From: Crassaminicella indica
GTDB lineage: Bacteria; Bacillota; Clostridia; Peptostreptococcales; Thermotaleaceae
DNA: 32,000 nucleotides
Assembly: GCF_019203185.1 (NCBI RefSeq)
Contig: NZ_CP078093.1
Location: 2,700,389 to 2,732,388 of the forward strand
Direction of reading: 5' to 3'
The notes beneath the pieces are model-generated. The model searched no databases. It worked only from the letters and a program-made list of their open reading frames with translations, and had not been told where the DNA came from. Positions within the stretch are counted from its first letter, which is position 1, and every line of letters starts with the position of its first letter. Below, piece after piece: positions 1 to 10,367 of the stretch. Both the position numbers and the translations under genes were made by a program.

Positions 1-936
1 TGTAATATAAGCTAATATTCCTTTTTCCTTTAAAATTTCTAATGCTTTATAAATAAAAAAATAAAAATAATCCATTTTACCTTCATAATATTTTTTCCCA
101 AAAGGAGTATTTTTGATCCCATCAAATAAATCTTTATTTCCCTTTTCTCCTAAATATGGAGGATTTCCTATTACAATATCAAATTCCTTTTCTTTTCCAA
201 ATAAATTCTCATCTATCAAACTATCTGCCTTAGTAATATTAATAATATGTGGATACCCCTTTTGCTGCTGTCCACAAACTAGATCATACAAAGCCATTTT
301 CCCAACTATTGTTGGCTCCCTTTGTATATCTATTCCAAACAAATTGTTCTCCACAATATTTTTTCTTATGAAAAAATCCTCTTCTTTTCTGCCTAATACT
401 CTATAAATATTTTTTTTATATTCATATATTTTTCTAAAAGCACCAATCAAAAACAATCCTGTTCCACAGGATATATCAATCATTCTTATTTCATCAAATG
501 CTTTCAAAATTTTTAAAAGTTCCTTTTTATCTAGTGAATTGTTTTCAAAAAAATATTTCTTTAAATATTCTTCGGAAAATCCAGTTTCTCTTGATAAATA
601 AATTTCTAAAGCTCTTTGTACCATATAATCGATAATATAGTATGGTGTATAAAAGCTACCTGTCTTTTCTCGACGATTTAATGACAAATAATTATCATAT
701 ATCTGACTAAATACAGCAAAATCAAAATCTTCTAAATTTAGATTCTCATTTAGTTCAAATTGATCTTTTATATCTTCTCTTATAAAAACACCTATATTTT
801 TTAGAGCTTCCATTCCATATTTCTTTAAAAATATCACTTTGCAAATTTCTAATATAAAATCTGAATCTTTAATATTAATTTGTTCTGTATTCCTTACAAT
901 TGCATCAAAAAATTTCTTCCACTTCAAATTCTGCAT
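1..936 (-). CDS. Class I SAM-dependent DNA adenine-N6 methyltransferase (Eco57I/TaqI-like or BREX PglX-like), C-terminally truncated by window edge
   Basis: Manual translation of the minus strand from ATG at 936 gives MQNLKWKKFFDAIVRNTEQIN...GSFYTPYYIIDYMVQRALEIY...RMIDISCGTGLFLIGAF...FDIVIGNPPYLGEKGNKDLFDGIKNTPFGKKYYEGKMDYFYFF. Methylase motif I (DISCGTG) and catalytic NPPY are present; the ORF is open to position 1. Confidence 0.88.
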   Translation of the reverse strand, partial: MQNLKWKKFFDAIVRNTEQINIKDSDFILEICKVIFLKKYGMEALKNIGVFIREDIKDQFELNENLNLEDFDFAVFSQIYDNYLSLNRREKTGSFYTPYYIIDYMVQRALEIYLSRETGFSEEYLKKYFFENNSLDKKELLKILKAFDEIRMIDISCGTGLFLIGAFRKIYEYKKNIYRVLGRKEEDFFIRKNIVENNLFGIDIQREPTIVGKMALYDLVCGQQQKGYPHIINITKADSLIDENLFGKEKEFDIVIGNPPYLGEKGNKDLFDGIKNTPFGKKYYEGKMDYFYFFIYKALEILKEKGILAYIT

Positions 937-1016
937 CACATCTCCACCTAAATAAAGTCATATGGGTATCACATATACCTTTTAATTATCAATAAAAAAC
1001 TTTAATCTTTATTTTT

Positions 1017-1625
1017 TTACTCAGTTATATACTTTATCCTATTATCTAATTCTAAATATATAATATCATATTTGTCAAAAACCTTTTTTAAAGAGCTTCT
1101 TCTCATTTGACCCACAATAAAATACTTTTTTAAATATTCATTGGCTCTTGTTAAGCTCTTTTCATCATTATATACTACACTCAATTTTTTTTCTAACAAA
1201 ACATCTCTCATTGTCTTCATTTCTTCTAAAAATAAATAATGATTTTCTATCATATAATAATTAGTTTTAACATTTGCTAATTTGATCATCATATCATCGA
1301 TTGCTGCAATATTTTCTTGCAGTAACTCTTTATTATCTTGATAAATACTTTGGTTCTTTAAATCTATGGTTTCATTTACTAATGTATAAAACTGTTCCTC
1401 TATGAATTGTATACTTTTTAAATAGGTAAATATTTGTTTTTTTTGTTTTATATAAAAAAAACTTTTTACAATGCTATTTTTCATAATGAGGTCTTGTTGT
1501 GTTAAATAAACAAATGATGTAGTAATAAAAATCATTAGTATACTCAAAATAATAAATTTCTGTCCTAAGCTATTTTTTCTAGCTTTTTCTTGTGAAGGTA
1601 CTTGTTTGTTTTTAAATAAATTCAT
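1017..1625 (-). CDS. Hypothetical membrane-anchored protein with one N-terminal TM segment
   Basis: Open ORF (alternative start 1646). GGTGAG-type RBS before the inner ATG; hydrophobic FIILSILMIFITTSFVYL. Confidence 0.6.
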   Translation of the reverse strand: MNLFKNKQVPSQEKARKNSLGQKFIILSILMIFITTSFVYLTQQDLIMKNSIVKSFFYIKQKKQIFTYLKSIQFIEEQFYTLVNETIDLKNQSIYQDNKELLQENIAAIDDMMIKLANVKTNYYMIENHYLFLEEMKTMRDVLLEKKLSVVYNDEKSLTRANEYLKKYFIVGQMRRSSLKKVFDKYDIIYLELDNRIKYITE

Positions 1626-1709
1626 TTTCTCACCTTCTATTTTCATAATATTTTATATTATTTCTATACATTTTCATAGATTCCTTCACAAGCTTTTTAA
1701 TTTAAATCA

Positions 1710-1740
1710 AAAAATAACGCGAAAGCACCGCGTTATTTTT
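1710..1740 (-). terminator. Rho-independent terminator, near-symmetric hairpin
   Basis: AAAAATAACGCG-aaagcac-CGCGTTATTTTT, perfect 12-bp stem just downstream of the 1744..2178 minus ORF. Confidence 0.8.
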
Positions 1741-1743
1741 AAA

Positions 1744-2178
1744 TCAATTTGTTTTTTTTAAATACATACCATCTCCAACCTTTTTAACCCCATCAATTTC
1801 TTGAATCAATTGATCCACAATTAAATCCATATCTTTATACTTTATGTTAACGCCCTTTTTCTTTAAATATTTCATAATCGTAACCAAACGAATAGGATAA
1901 TCACAAGGATTTTTAAAATAAGGATGCTTTTCAATCTTTTTTTTGATACTGTTTTTATCAATATCAAAAATACGAATTACATTTTCACAATCCTTATTTC
2001 TTTCTAGCTCACTAATCAAATAGTCAATTTTATGAATCGGCTTATTGTAATCCTTTAAAAGCTTTTTTAAATCCTTTAGAAATTTTAATTCGTTGTCTAC
2101 AAAATTATCACAAGTATCCAAGTATAAAGGTATATCTTCATTGCACGAATCTACCAAATCTGACAATGATATTTGCAT
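1744..2178 (-). CDS. Hypothetical protein (144 aa)
   Basis: Complete ORF followed by a terminator hairpin; no recognised family. Confidence 0.6.
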   Translation of the reverse strand: MQISLSDLVDSCNEDIPLYLDTCDNFVDNELKFLKDLKKLLKDYNKPIHKIDYLISELERNKDCENVIRIFDIDKNSIKKKIEKHPYFKNPCDYPIRLVTIMKYLKKKGVNIKYKDMDLIVDQLIQEIDGVKKVGDGMYLKKTN

Positions 2179-2297
2179 AAGAGTTTTTTATCCCCCTTCA
2201 AGATAAGTGTTTATTCACTATTAATTACATACTATTGTATATATTTTATGCTTTACTGTCAATTTTATTAATTTATTATATTGCTTCATTTTTCTTT

Positions 2298-3227
2298 TTA
2301 AAGAATATCCTCTAATCCTACAACTTCATCTTTATAATGTTTTGCTAAATCTCCTAAAATTGATTCAATTATTTTCTTCACTTTGATTCGATCTTTTTCA
2401 GAATTGCACTCTAATTCTATTCTATTTTTCTCTAATACTATTTCCGCCAATATTCCCTCTTTATCAAAAAATTTAAAATAATAACTTCCATCGTCTTCAA
2501 AATCAAGCTGAATTTCTTTATGCTTTTGTAATATTTCTTTAATAGTTTTTAAATCATCAATCAAGTATATACTTTGCAAAACATTATATTCATCTTTATC
2601 ATCTGTTTCCTTTGTTACATCTGTAATAACATCTACATATTTTTGAAGTAAAAGACTATTTTTCTTCAAAAATTCCTGCCATGTAGCATATCGATTCTTT
2701 CCTTTGTATTCTTCATACTTTAAAAGTATATGTTTTTCTATCGCATTTTTAAAAATGGCTGGTATGTATATACTATTGCCAACAAATTTTGATCTATTTT
2801 TTATTTCTATCATTCTTCCAAGTATCAAATCTTTACATTGTGCTTTGTGAAATTTTTCTAAGTTTACAAAAACATCTATCTTTGTAAAAATATCTCTCAA
2901 TAAACCTCTATCTTCATTTAACTCTTTTATTTCATATATGCTTAGATAAGAATTTATTTTTCTTTGAATCAATTCACTTTCTTTTTGAGATAATTGACCT
3001 TTCATCCTTTCATGATATTTTTCGATAAATGTATTTCCATCTTTCATGATATAGTCATATATTAACCAAGAATTAAAATCTATCATCATTTTATCATTAG
3101 TTCCTTCTTCGCCAATACTCCTATCAAAATATGCTTTTGCCTCTTCAATATCCTTTCTAAATTCATCATCCAGTAAAAATTTTAAAATATTTTCTTCTAT
3201 GATCATTTCTAAATTTTCATAATTCAT
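2298..3227 (-). CDS. Hypothetical protein (309 aa), cytosolic, charged
   Basis: Long open ORF with an AAAGGAG-type RBS upstream of the ATG. Confidence 0.6.
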   Translation of the reverse strand: MNYENLEMIIEENILKFLLDDEFRKDIEEAKAYFDRSIGEEGTNDKMMIDFNSWLIYDYIMKDGNTFIEKYHERMKGQLSQKESELIQRKINSYLSIYEIKELNEDRGLLRDIFTKIDVFVNLEKFHKAQCKDLILGRMIEIKNRSKFVGNSIYIPAIFKNAIEKHILLKYEEYKGKNRYATWQEFLKKNSLLLQKYVDVITDVTKETDDKDEYNVLQSIYLIDDLKTIKEILQKHKEIQLDFEDDGSYYFKFFDKEGILAEIVLEKNRIELECNSEKDRIKVKKIIESILGDLAKHYKDEVVGLEDIL

Positions 3228-3475
3228 ATGCGTCTCTCCTTTATAACTACTCTAATCATTTCAATTTAAATATTATATACCTATTTTACCCTAATAGCTA
3301 CTAATAGATGAAATTTTTTCGACTCCTTAAATAATATAACTCTTACTACATATTATTCAGCCTGTCTATATTAGTGTTTTGATACAAATTTAATAGTTGT
3401 ATTTTTTGTTTTTTATCTCAAGCAAATACAAATATTTCATTTAAAAGGGACATATACTTAATCGAGGTGATATAA

Positions 3476-4471
3476 ATGGTAAAAAAACTTTTTACAATTT
3501 TGCTTATTATCCTTTTATTATCTACAGCCTTTATATTCAATGAATTTTTTAATAACAATCAATACATTACCACTTTCAAAACATATGTAATTCCTAACTT
3601 AAAAATATCAAATAAGCTTTTAGAAAATTATTATAGTACTAATACAACACTACATAAAAAAGCCTCTGAAGCTATTCTCCTAACCACACTAAAAAATTTA
3701 AAATACAACCAATGGATTGAATATGCAGATTATATTGATTTAATCCTATATAAGTCTAATGTACTCCCTTACAATAAAGATGAACTAATCGTTGTACTAA
3801 ATCTATCAAAGGACTCCTCTGTCATAGCTATATATTCCCATGTAAACAACGAATACATATTTACAAATAAAATTGAGAATGTATTACCTGTTCAAAATAT
3901 TAAATTTCTACCTGTTCCTGAATTAGGATATAATATGCTAATCACCGATCAATTATTAGATGAACGATTGGGAGCATTTTTTTTAGAAGAGTTCATAGAA
4001 ATTTTTGTTTATCGTGATGATCATTTCAAAAGCGTTTTTAAAAAAGCAAAATATAAAGAAGAAATCTATAATGCAGAATGGGTCGACCCAAAAGCATCTT
4101 CAGAGAAATGGATAAAAATTATCGAAGCCAATAATATTACATTTAATCAAAAACCAAAATTGAATATATCCGTTTCTATTAATCAAAAAAAATTTGAAAC
4201 CATCAAAAAAACCTTCCCTGCAAAAGGAGATTTTAAACTTACTGAAGAAATTGTCACACAAGAAAATTATTACTGGAGTCCAAAATATCAGATGTTTGTA
4301 ATGAATGAAGGAATAATCAAAAATTCAACAACAGCTATCGCAATTATTGATGATACAAATCATTGGCTAGAATCTTTCTTAGGTTTTCCATCAAACAACT
4401 ACAAAATTCTCACAGAGAACGGAAAAGTATTTTACTTACATAAACAATTTGTATCTATAAAAAGTAAATAG
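3476..4471 (+). CDS. Secreted or membrane-anchored hypothetical protein, possibly GerMN-like
   Basis: Hydrophobic N-terminus (LFTILLIILLLSTAFIFNEFF), GAGGTGATATAA RBS, terminator immediately downstream. GerMN resemblance is only impressionistic. Confidence 0.6.
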   Translation: MVKKLFTILLIILLLSTAFIFNEFFNNNQYITTFKTYVIPNLKISNKLLENYYSTNTTLHKKASEAILLTTLKNLKYNQWIEYADYIDLILYKSNVLPYNKDELIVVLNLSKDSSVIAIYSHVNNEYIFTNKIENVLPVQNIKFLPVPELGYNMLITDQLLDERLGAFFLEEFIEIFVYRDDHFKSVFKKAKYKEEIYNAEWVDPKASSEKWIKIIEANNITFNQKPKLNISVSINQKKFETIKKTFPAKGDFKLTEEIVTQENYYWSPKYQMFVMNEGIIKNSTTAIAIIDDTNHWLESFLGFPSNNYKILTENGKVFYLHKQFVSIKSK

Positions 4472-4499
4472 CTATAGGGGCAAAAGCCCTATTTTTTTT
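4472..4499 (+). terminator. Rho-independent terminator
   Basis: ATAGGG-gcaaaag-CCCTAT followed by T8. Confidence 0.75.
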
Positions 4500-4558
4500 G
4501 CAGGATTTTATCTCTTCATATAGAAGATAATAGTTATTCACAATACAATCCGAAAGGA

Positions 4559-5770
4559 ATGAGATTATTGACAAAAAAATTATTCTACGACAATATATAT
4601 CAAAAAGAGTTTACTGCAAATATTGCTTCAGTAAAAGAAATAGATGGAAAATTTCATATTGAATTAAACCAAACTGCCTTTTATCCAGAAGGAGGCGGTC
4701 AACCATGCGATAAAGGAACTATAGAAGGTCTTGAAGTATCTTATGTATATGAAAAAAACAACAAAATTTATCATATAATAGACAGAGAGCCTCCTAAGCT
4801 TCATCTTTTAAAATGTGCAATTAACTGGGAAAGACGTTTTGATCATATGCAGCAGCATTTAGGACAACATATTTTATCTGCTTGCTTTCATAAACTATTT
4901 GATGCAAAAACAGTTGGATTTCATTTAGGAAATGAATTTGTAACAATTGACATCACATTAAACAATATATCTCCTGTTCAAATTGAAAAAGTTGAGTACT
5001 TTGCTAATCAAGTAGTATTTAACAATCTTCACGTAAAACAATTATATCCAACAGCTTCAAAGCTTTCTGAACTTCCTCTCAGGAAGCCTCCTAAAGTTAA
5101 AGAAAATATTCGCATTATAGAAATAGACCAGTTTGATTTTTCTCCTTGTTGTGGAACCCATTCATCACATACAGGAGAAGTAGGAGTTATTAAAATTAGA
5201 AAATGGGAAAAAATACGAGGAAATATTCGTATAGAATTTGTGTGTGGTAATCGTGCCCTTAAAGATTTTTACTGGAAAAATGATACTATAAATAAAATAT
5301 CTAAGCTATTATCCGTAAAGGACATAGATGCATTGAGCGGTGTAGAAAGAATATTTTCTCAATATAATTCACAGAAAAAAGAGATTAGGAAATTAAAAGA
5401 ACAACTATTAGACTATGAAGCATCCACCTTTTATCAAAGTGCCTATATAGTAAATAATATTAAAATTATTAACAATATCTTTGATAACAGAAATTTTGAA
5501 GATATAAGAAACTTAGCAGCAAAAATTGTCTCAAAACCTGATGTAATTGTTTTATTCGGTTTAAAAAATGAAAAAGCCCAAATGATATTAAGCTGTTCTA
5601 AGGAAATAGATATTAATATGACAAAAGTATTTAAAGAAGTATGTCCTATCATTAATGGACGAGGTGGAGGAAATGCACATACAGCACAAGGTGGTGGCGA
5701 TCAAACATCAAAGCTTGAAGAAGCATTAAAAACAGCTCAAGATATTATCATTCATCAATATTTAGTATAA
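4559..5770 (+). CDS. AlaX-family alanyl-tRNA editing protein (long form with DHHA1 domain)
   Basis: FYPEGGGQPCDKGTI, RFDHMQQHLGQHILSACF (HxxxH), CCGTHSSHTGEVGVIKI, and C-terminal GRGGGNAHTAQGGG (DHHA1). TTG at 4568 is a likely alternative start given RBS spacing. Confidence 0.9.
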   Translation: MRLLTKKLFYDNIYQKEFTANIASVKEIDGKFHIELNQTAFYPEGGGQPCDKGTIEGLEVSYVYEKNNKIYHIIDREPPKLHLLKCAINWERRFDHMQQHLGQHILSACFHKLFDAKTVGFHLGNEFVTIDITLNNISPVQIEKVEYFANQVVFNNLHVKQLYPTASKLSELPLRKPPKVKENIRIIEIDQFDFSPCCGTHSSHTGEVGVIKIRKWEKIRGNIRIEFVCGNRALKDFYWKNDTINKISKLLSVKDIDALSGVERIFSQYNSQKKEIRKLKEQLLDYEASTFYQSAYIVNNIKIINNIFDNRNFEDIRNLAAKIVSKPDVIVLFGLKNEKAQMILSCSKEIDINMTKVFKEVCPIINGRGGGNAHTAQGGGDQTSKLEEALKTAQDIIIHQYLV

Positions 5771-5802
5771 AAAAGAAAAGTGTCCAAAGACACTTTTCTT
5801 TT
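5771..5802 (+). terminator. Rho-independent terminator after alaX-like gene
   Basis: AAAAGAAAAGTGTC-caaa-GACACTTTTCTTTTTT. Confidence 0.85.
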
Positions 5803-5980
5803 TTTCTACCCTATATATGCTTGGAAAATGATCTTACTCACATTTATTAATTATATATAAAGAATGAATATACTGCAATAGTATTTTAAAATTTTTTTTA
5901 TTATTTTCGACATCTTTCATCATATAGGACAAATACATACTCAATCCTTTTATTTTTCAATAATTTTTACTTTTCTAAAG

Positions 5981-7354
5981 TTAAAAATTCCCAAATTCCT
6001 CTTTTTTATTCACAAATAAGTAACCAAATAAAATAGTTATCACAGGAGAAACATAACATAATACAGTATATAATCCATACGCTGTTGCTCCTACACCTGT
6101 TATAACTGTAATAATAATTGAATTTACATTCCAGGGAATCAAAGGTGCTATAGTTGTCCCTGTATCTGCTATACTTCTAGCAAGAATCGTTTTCTTTATT
6201 TTAAATTCTTCATATTTAGCTTTTAAAAACTTTCCTGGCAAAAGAATTCCTATTGTTTGATCACAAGCAACTGTTGTTAAAACAATACTTAATATAGAAG
6301 TTCTTGCAATCAAAGCTCCTTTTGTTTTTATATTTGATGCCATTTTATCTATCATTGGAGCAATTGTATTCGTACCTTCAAATATACTGCTTAAAGCAAC
6401 AGCACCTATAATAATAAAAATCACCTCAATCATTGGAAGAATTCCTCCACCCCTCAAAATCCCATCTAATTCCTCTATTCCTGTCCGCGCATGATATCCA
6501 AATAATATAGCATGCATCAATTCCTTTATCTGGATTCCTTGAAAAAATATACTAATACATATCCCACCTAATAAACCAAAAGTCATATTCGGAATAACCT
6601 TTACACCTACAACAGCTAAAATAATCATCGTAATAGGGAACAACAATAATGCTGGTGAAATAGTAAAAGTATTAAAAATATTCCTTTGATAAGCTTTTAA
6701 TGTTGAAACATCTACCTCTCCTGTAAAACTTTTTCCTAAAATATAATAAATAATAGCACTAACTATGAGAGTAGGAATCAATGTGGCTAACATATTTTTA
6801 AAAAAATCTTTATAATTTATATCTATTGTTTTAATAGTAAGATTAACCAATGCACTAATAGGAGATATTTTATCAGCAATAAAAGCACCTGAAATAATAG
6901 CTCCTAAAAGGATAGGCTCTGGTATTGATAACCCTTTTCCTATTCCAAGTAGAGCAATTCCTATCGTACTAATAGTTCCAAAAGCTGTTCCCATAGCAAA
7001 TGATATCACTACCATAATCATAAAACATGCAAGTAAATAATTCATATGTACAATATAATCAAATCCATAATAAATCATAGTAGGTACAGTTCCTGAAGCA
7101 ATCCAAACAGATATAATTGATCCCATAAGGAGTACAATGATATATACTGAAAAACATTCTTTTATACCTTTTAAAATCATCTTAATTAAAGCAGTAAAAG
7201 AAAAACCATTTCTCATAAATACAATTATAGAAAAAAATACACCTATAAAAAATCCATAAAACAAAGGTATACTCTTTATGATACAAGCTGCAATAGCGCC
7301 CATACTTACAGCAAATATGATATAAATGTGCTTAAATGATCGATTATTTTTCAT
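5981..7354 (-). CDS. NhaC-family Na+/H+ (or malate/lactate-type) antiporter
   Basis: Polytopic membrane protein with GIALLGIGKGLSIPEPILLGAIISGAFIADKISPISALVNLT and SIADTGTTIAPLIPWN motifs typical of the NhaC family. GGAGGAG RBS before ATG at 7354 (ORF track starts at 7375). Confidence 0.85.
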   Translation of the reverse strand: MKNNRSFKHIYIIFAVSMGAIAACIIKSIPLFYGFFIGVFFSIIVFMRNGFSFTALIKMILKGIKECFSVYIIVLLMGSIISVWIASGTVPTMIYYGFDYIVHMNYLLACFMIMVVISFAMGTAFGTISTIGIALLGIGKGLSIPEPILLGAIISGAFIADKISPISALVNLTIKTIDINYKDFFKNMLATLIPTLIVSAIIYYILGKSFTGEVDVSTLKAYQRNIFNTFTISPALLLFPITMIILAVVGVKVIPNMTFGLLGGICISIFFQGIQIKELMHAILFGYHARTGIEELDGILRGGGILPMIEVIFIIIGAVALSSIFEGTNTIAPMIDKMASNIKTKGALIARTSILSIVLTTVACDQTIGILLPGKFLKAKYEEFKIKKTILARSIADTGTTIAPLIPWNVNSIIITVITGVGATAYGLYTVLCYVSPVITILFGYLFVNKKEEFGNF

Positions 7355-7514
7355 AGCTCCTCCTAAATTATTCATTTATTTCTTTATATTGTAAATTATA
7401 CACTAAAAATATAAAAAACCATTGAAAAATTTCAGTGGTTTGTCTTTTTTAAATATAAAATAAGCGAGCGTAGCTTAATATTTTATGAGAATAATCATTC
7501 AAAAAAGAATTAAA

Positions 7515-7790
7515 AGATAGAGATGATAGTATCGGGGCTACTGATCTTAGGAAAAGTATTGATGGATTAAGTATCATTGTTCAAACTCAGTTTCAGCTAG
7601 ATCCTTTTGAAAAGGCACTATTTGTTTTTTGTAATAGACAGATGAATAAGCTTAAAATACTACATTTTGATGATGGATTTTGGTTATACTACCATAGCTT
7701 AGAAAGAAATAAGTTTAAATGGCCTATTTCAAAAGAAGAAGGCCTTAAAGTTACAGTAGAAGAATTAAGATGGCTGCTTAAAGGATACTA
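7515..7790 (+). pseudogene. IS66-family TnpB (IS66 Orf2) remnant
   Basis: Translated fragments ..GATDLRKSIDGLSIIVQTQFQLDPFEKALFVFCNR.., ..LHFDDGFWLLYHSLERNKFKWPISKEEGLKVTVEELRWLLKGY. Confidence 0.8.
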
Positions 7791-7931
7791 AGTAAGAACT
7801 GTTTCAAAATTCAAACCAATCAAAGGGAAAAATCACTTCTAAAAGATACCACAAAATCAAATCGAAGGTTAAAAATTCAATGATTTTGTGGTATAATTAC
7901 TTGAATTTTAATAGAAAATGAGGGTAAAAAC

Positions 7932-9190
7932 ATGAGTGATTTATTCAACAAAAATCAGTTAGATGAAAAAACTAAAGAGCTGATTTCAAAAATGGAAAAA
8001 GAAATTGCTAATCTAAAAAATGAGTTATTCTACTTTAAAAATCAAATTTTAAATAAAAATAGAAAAATATTCGGCTCTTCTAGTGAGCAAACAAGCTCAA
8101 TGCAAATATCCATCTTTGATGAAGCTGAAAAATTCAGCAATTTAAAAATAGAAGAACCAACAATTGAAGAAATCACTTACAAGAAAAATAAGCCCTCTAA
8201 AAATATAGGCAAAAAAGATAATTTAGCGAATTTAGAAAAAGTAGTGCTTGAACATAAATTAGATGAAAATGAACAAGTCTGCGAAAAATGCTCATCAAAT
8301 TTAGTAGTTATAGGAAAGAAATCAAAAGAGATTCTGAAAATAATTCCAGCAAAAATATGTGGCTTTATAAATCTCCAAGTAAAAAAGCCCCAATAGTCCT
8401 TTATGACTATCAAAAGACAAGGTCAGGTTCTTACCCTAAGAACTTTTTAAAAGGTTTTGCTGGGGTTATTCAAACAGATGGTTATACATGTTATAATCAG
8501 ATTGAAAATGTAAAAAGGATATATTGTCTAGTTCACATAAGAAGAAAATTTCATGAAATCATAGTAAATCTAAATGAAGAAGCCCTCAAAGAATCACGAG
8601 CATTAATAGGGTTTAATTCTTGTGCCAAGCTTTATGAAATCGAAAAAAAGCTTAGAGAAGAGCATAGTGAAAAAGAAGATTACTATGATATACGTTATAA
8701 AACAAGACTTGAAAAATCTAAGCCAATAATAGAAGAATTTATGGATTATGTAGATAAAGAAATAAAAGATGCAGTGCCTAGAAGCCCACTAGGAAAAGCG
8801 CTAGAATACACAAAGAAGCTTTTACCAAATTTCCTTATCTTTTTAGAAAATGGAACACTTGAAATAGATAATAATGGAGCTGAAAGATCCATAAAGCCAT
8901 TTGTAATGGGTCGTAAAAACTGTCTCTTTTCAGCATCATCAAAAGGAGCAGCTTCAAGTGCACCGCTTTATAGTATTATAGAAACAGCAAAGCTTAATCA
9001 CCTAGCAGTAGAAAAATATCTACTATACTTGATGGATGAATTATCAAAGCTTCAAAACAAAGATAAATCATCTTTATTGAAACTTCTTCCTTGGGCCAGT
9101 GAACTCCCAAAAGAACTAAAAATTGAACTAAAAAAAATCAATCCAGTAAGAGATAATTCTCCTACTGGATTAAATTTTATCAGGTATTAA
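7932..9190 (+). pseudogene. IS66-family transposase TnpC, internally deleted and frameshifted
   Basis: N-terminal half (ORF 7932..8396: KEIANLKNELFYFKNQILNKNRKIFGSSSEQ) and C-terminal half (ORF 8288..9190: PIVLYDYQKTRSGSYPKNFLKGFAGVIQTDGYTCYNQ...IDNNGAERSIKPFVMGRKNCLFSAS) lie in different frames with the middle missing. Confidence 0.85.
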
Positions 9191-9649
9191 ATTTATTTTC
9201 CATGCATCTATTTTGGGGTGGATACCAAAAATTGGATCGATTGTCAATCAGGGAAAATAGTTTAGCAAAATACAAAGAAAAGACAAGAATTAATAAGCAA
9301 AGCAGGAAATGACTACGAGCCATCATTTTTCAGGTAATTCTGTTGTTGGTAGCAAACAATAATGAATTTAAAGAAATATACAATTATTACACCACAAGAA
9401 AACAGAATTCACTAAAAAACTTTATTTCTGCAAAAATAAAATCGTAATTGGTAGTACTTCCAAAAATAGATATGGCATAATTCCTTAATCTGTGTTAAAT
9501 AAAAGTTACCACACAAATATATAACAGGGGGTTAAGAACTTATGCCATATACAACTACTAATATTTTAAAACCAAACTAAGAAATTTACAACTATATTGA
9601 AGATGTAAATTATGGTATGATTAAACCATAAATCAATCATTTAAGCAAC

Positions 9650-10268
9650 TTGATGTATGGTCTAGTGGCTGTACATAACAATAAGTCAATCTCTTCAATT
9701 TCTAAGGCTATCTTATCAGATAAAGATAGTAGCTGTATTTATAAGTTTTTAAGCAAGTCAAAGTGGGATGGTAAGATTCTAAACAGAAATCGAACAGCAA
9801 ATTTGAATCTTTTTTTAGAGCAACATACCAAATCTAATTCCGTAGGATTTCTAATAATTGATGATACTGTTAATTCCAAGCCAGAAGCTAAGAAGATAGA
9901 AAGATTAGACTATCACTTTTCTCATGCAGAAGGCAAGAATATTTGGTTCCACTATGTAGTTACTTCTAATTTTGTTGTAAGAGATATTAAATATCGCTCA
10001 AGAATTTGTGAGAAATTTTAAAACACCATCCCATTGTAAAAAAATATATCCCTTTACAGATTCATGGTATAGCAATCAAGGGATAATTTATGAAAGTCTT
10101 AATCATTTTATTAGTGCTGTAAAAGGCAATAGAATTATAGTACCTAAAGGAATAAAACTTCAGTTTTCTAAATTCACAGAATATCTAGACCTCTCTACTT
10201 TAGATGTTGTGACCATCAAAGATAAGGAATATAGGAGATACGTTTATCAAAGTCCTGTAGCAAAATAA
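9650..10268 (+). pseudogene. IS701/IS4-like DDE transposase, N-terminal/central fragment (frameshifted, C-terminus missing)
   Basis: ORFs 9650..10021 and 10008..10268; FLIIDDTVNSKPEAKKIERLDYHFSHAEGKN... and ...FTDSWYSNQGIIYESL...YRRYVYQSPVAK. Confidence 0.7.
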
Positions 10269-10367
10269 TGGAGTTCTTAAAAGCTTTTTAAAGGAATATG
10301 AAAAATGGAGATTAAGAGAGTAAATAAAAGATATTTTAATATTATATAGAGAGGGAGTCGAATATAT

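Noticed and set aside
5443-5652. Short minus-strand ORF inside the AlaX-like gene
   Set aside because: Antisense shadow ORF of a well-supported CDS.
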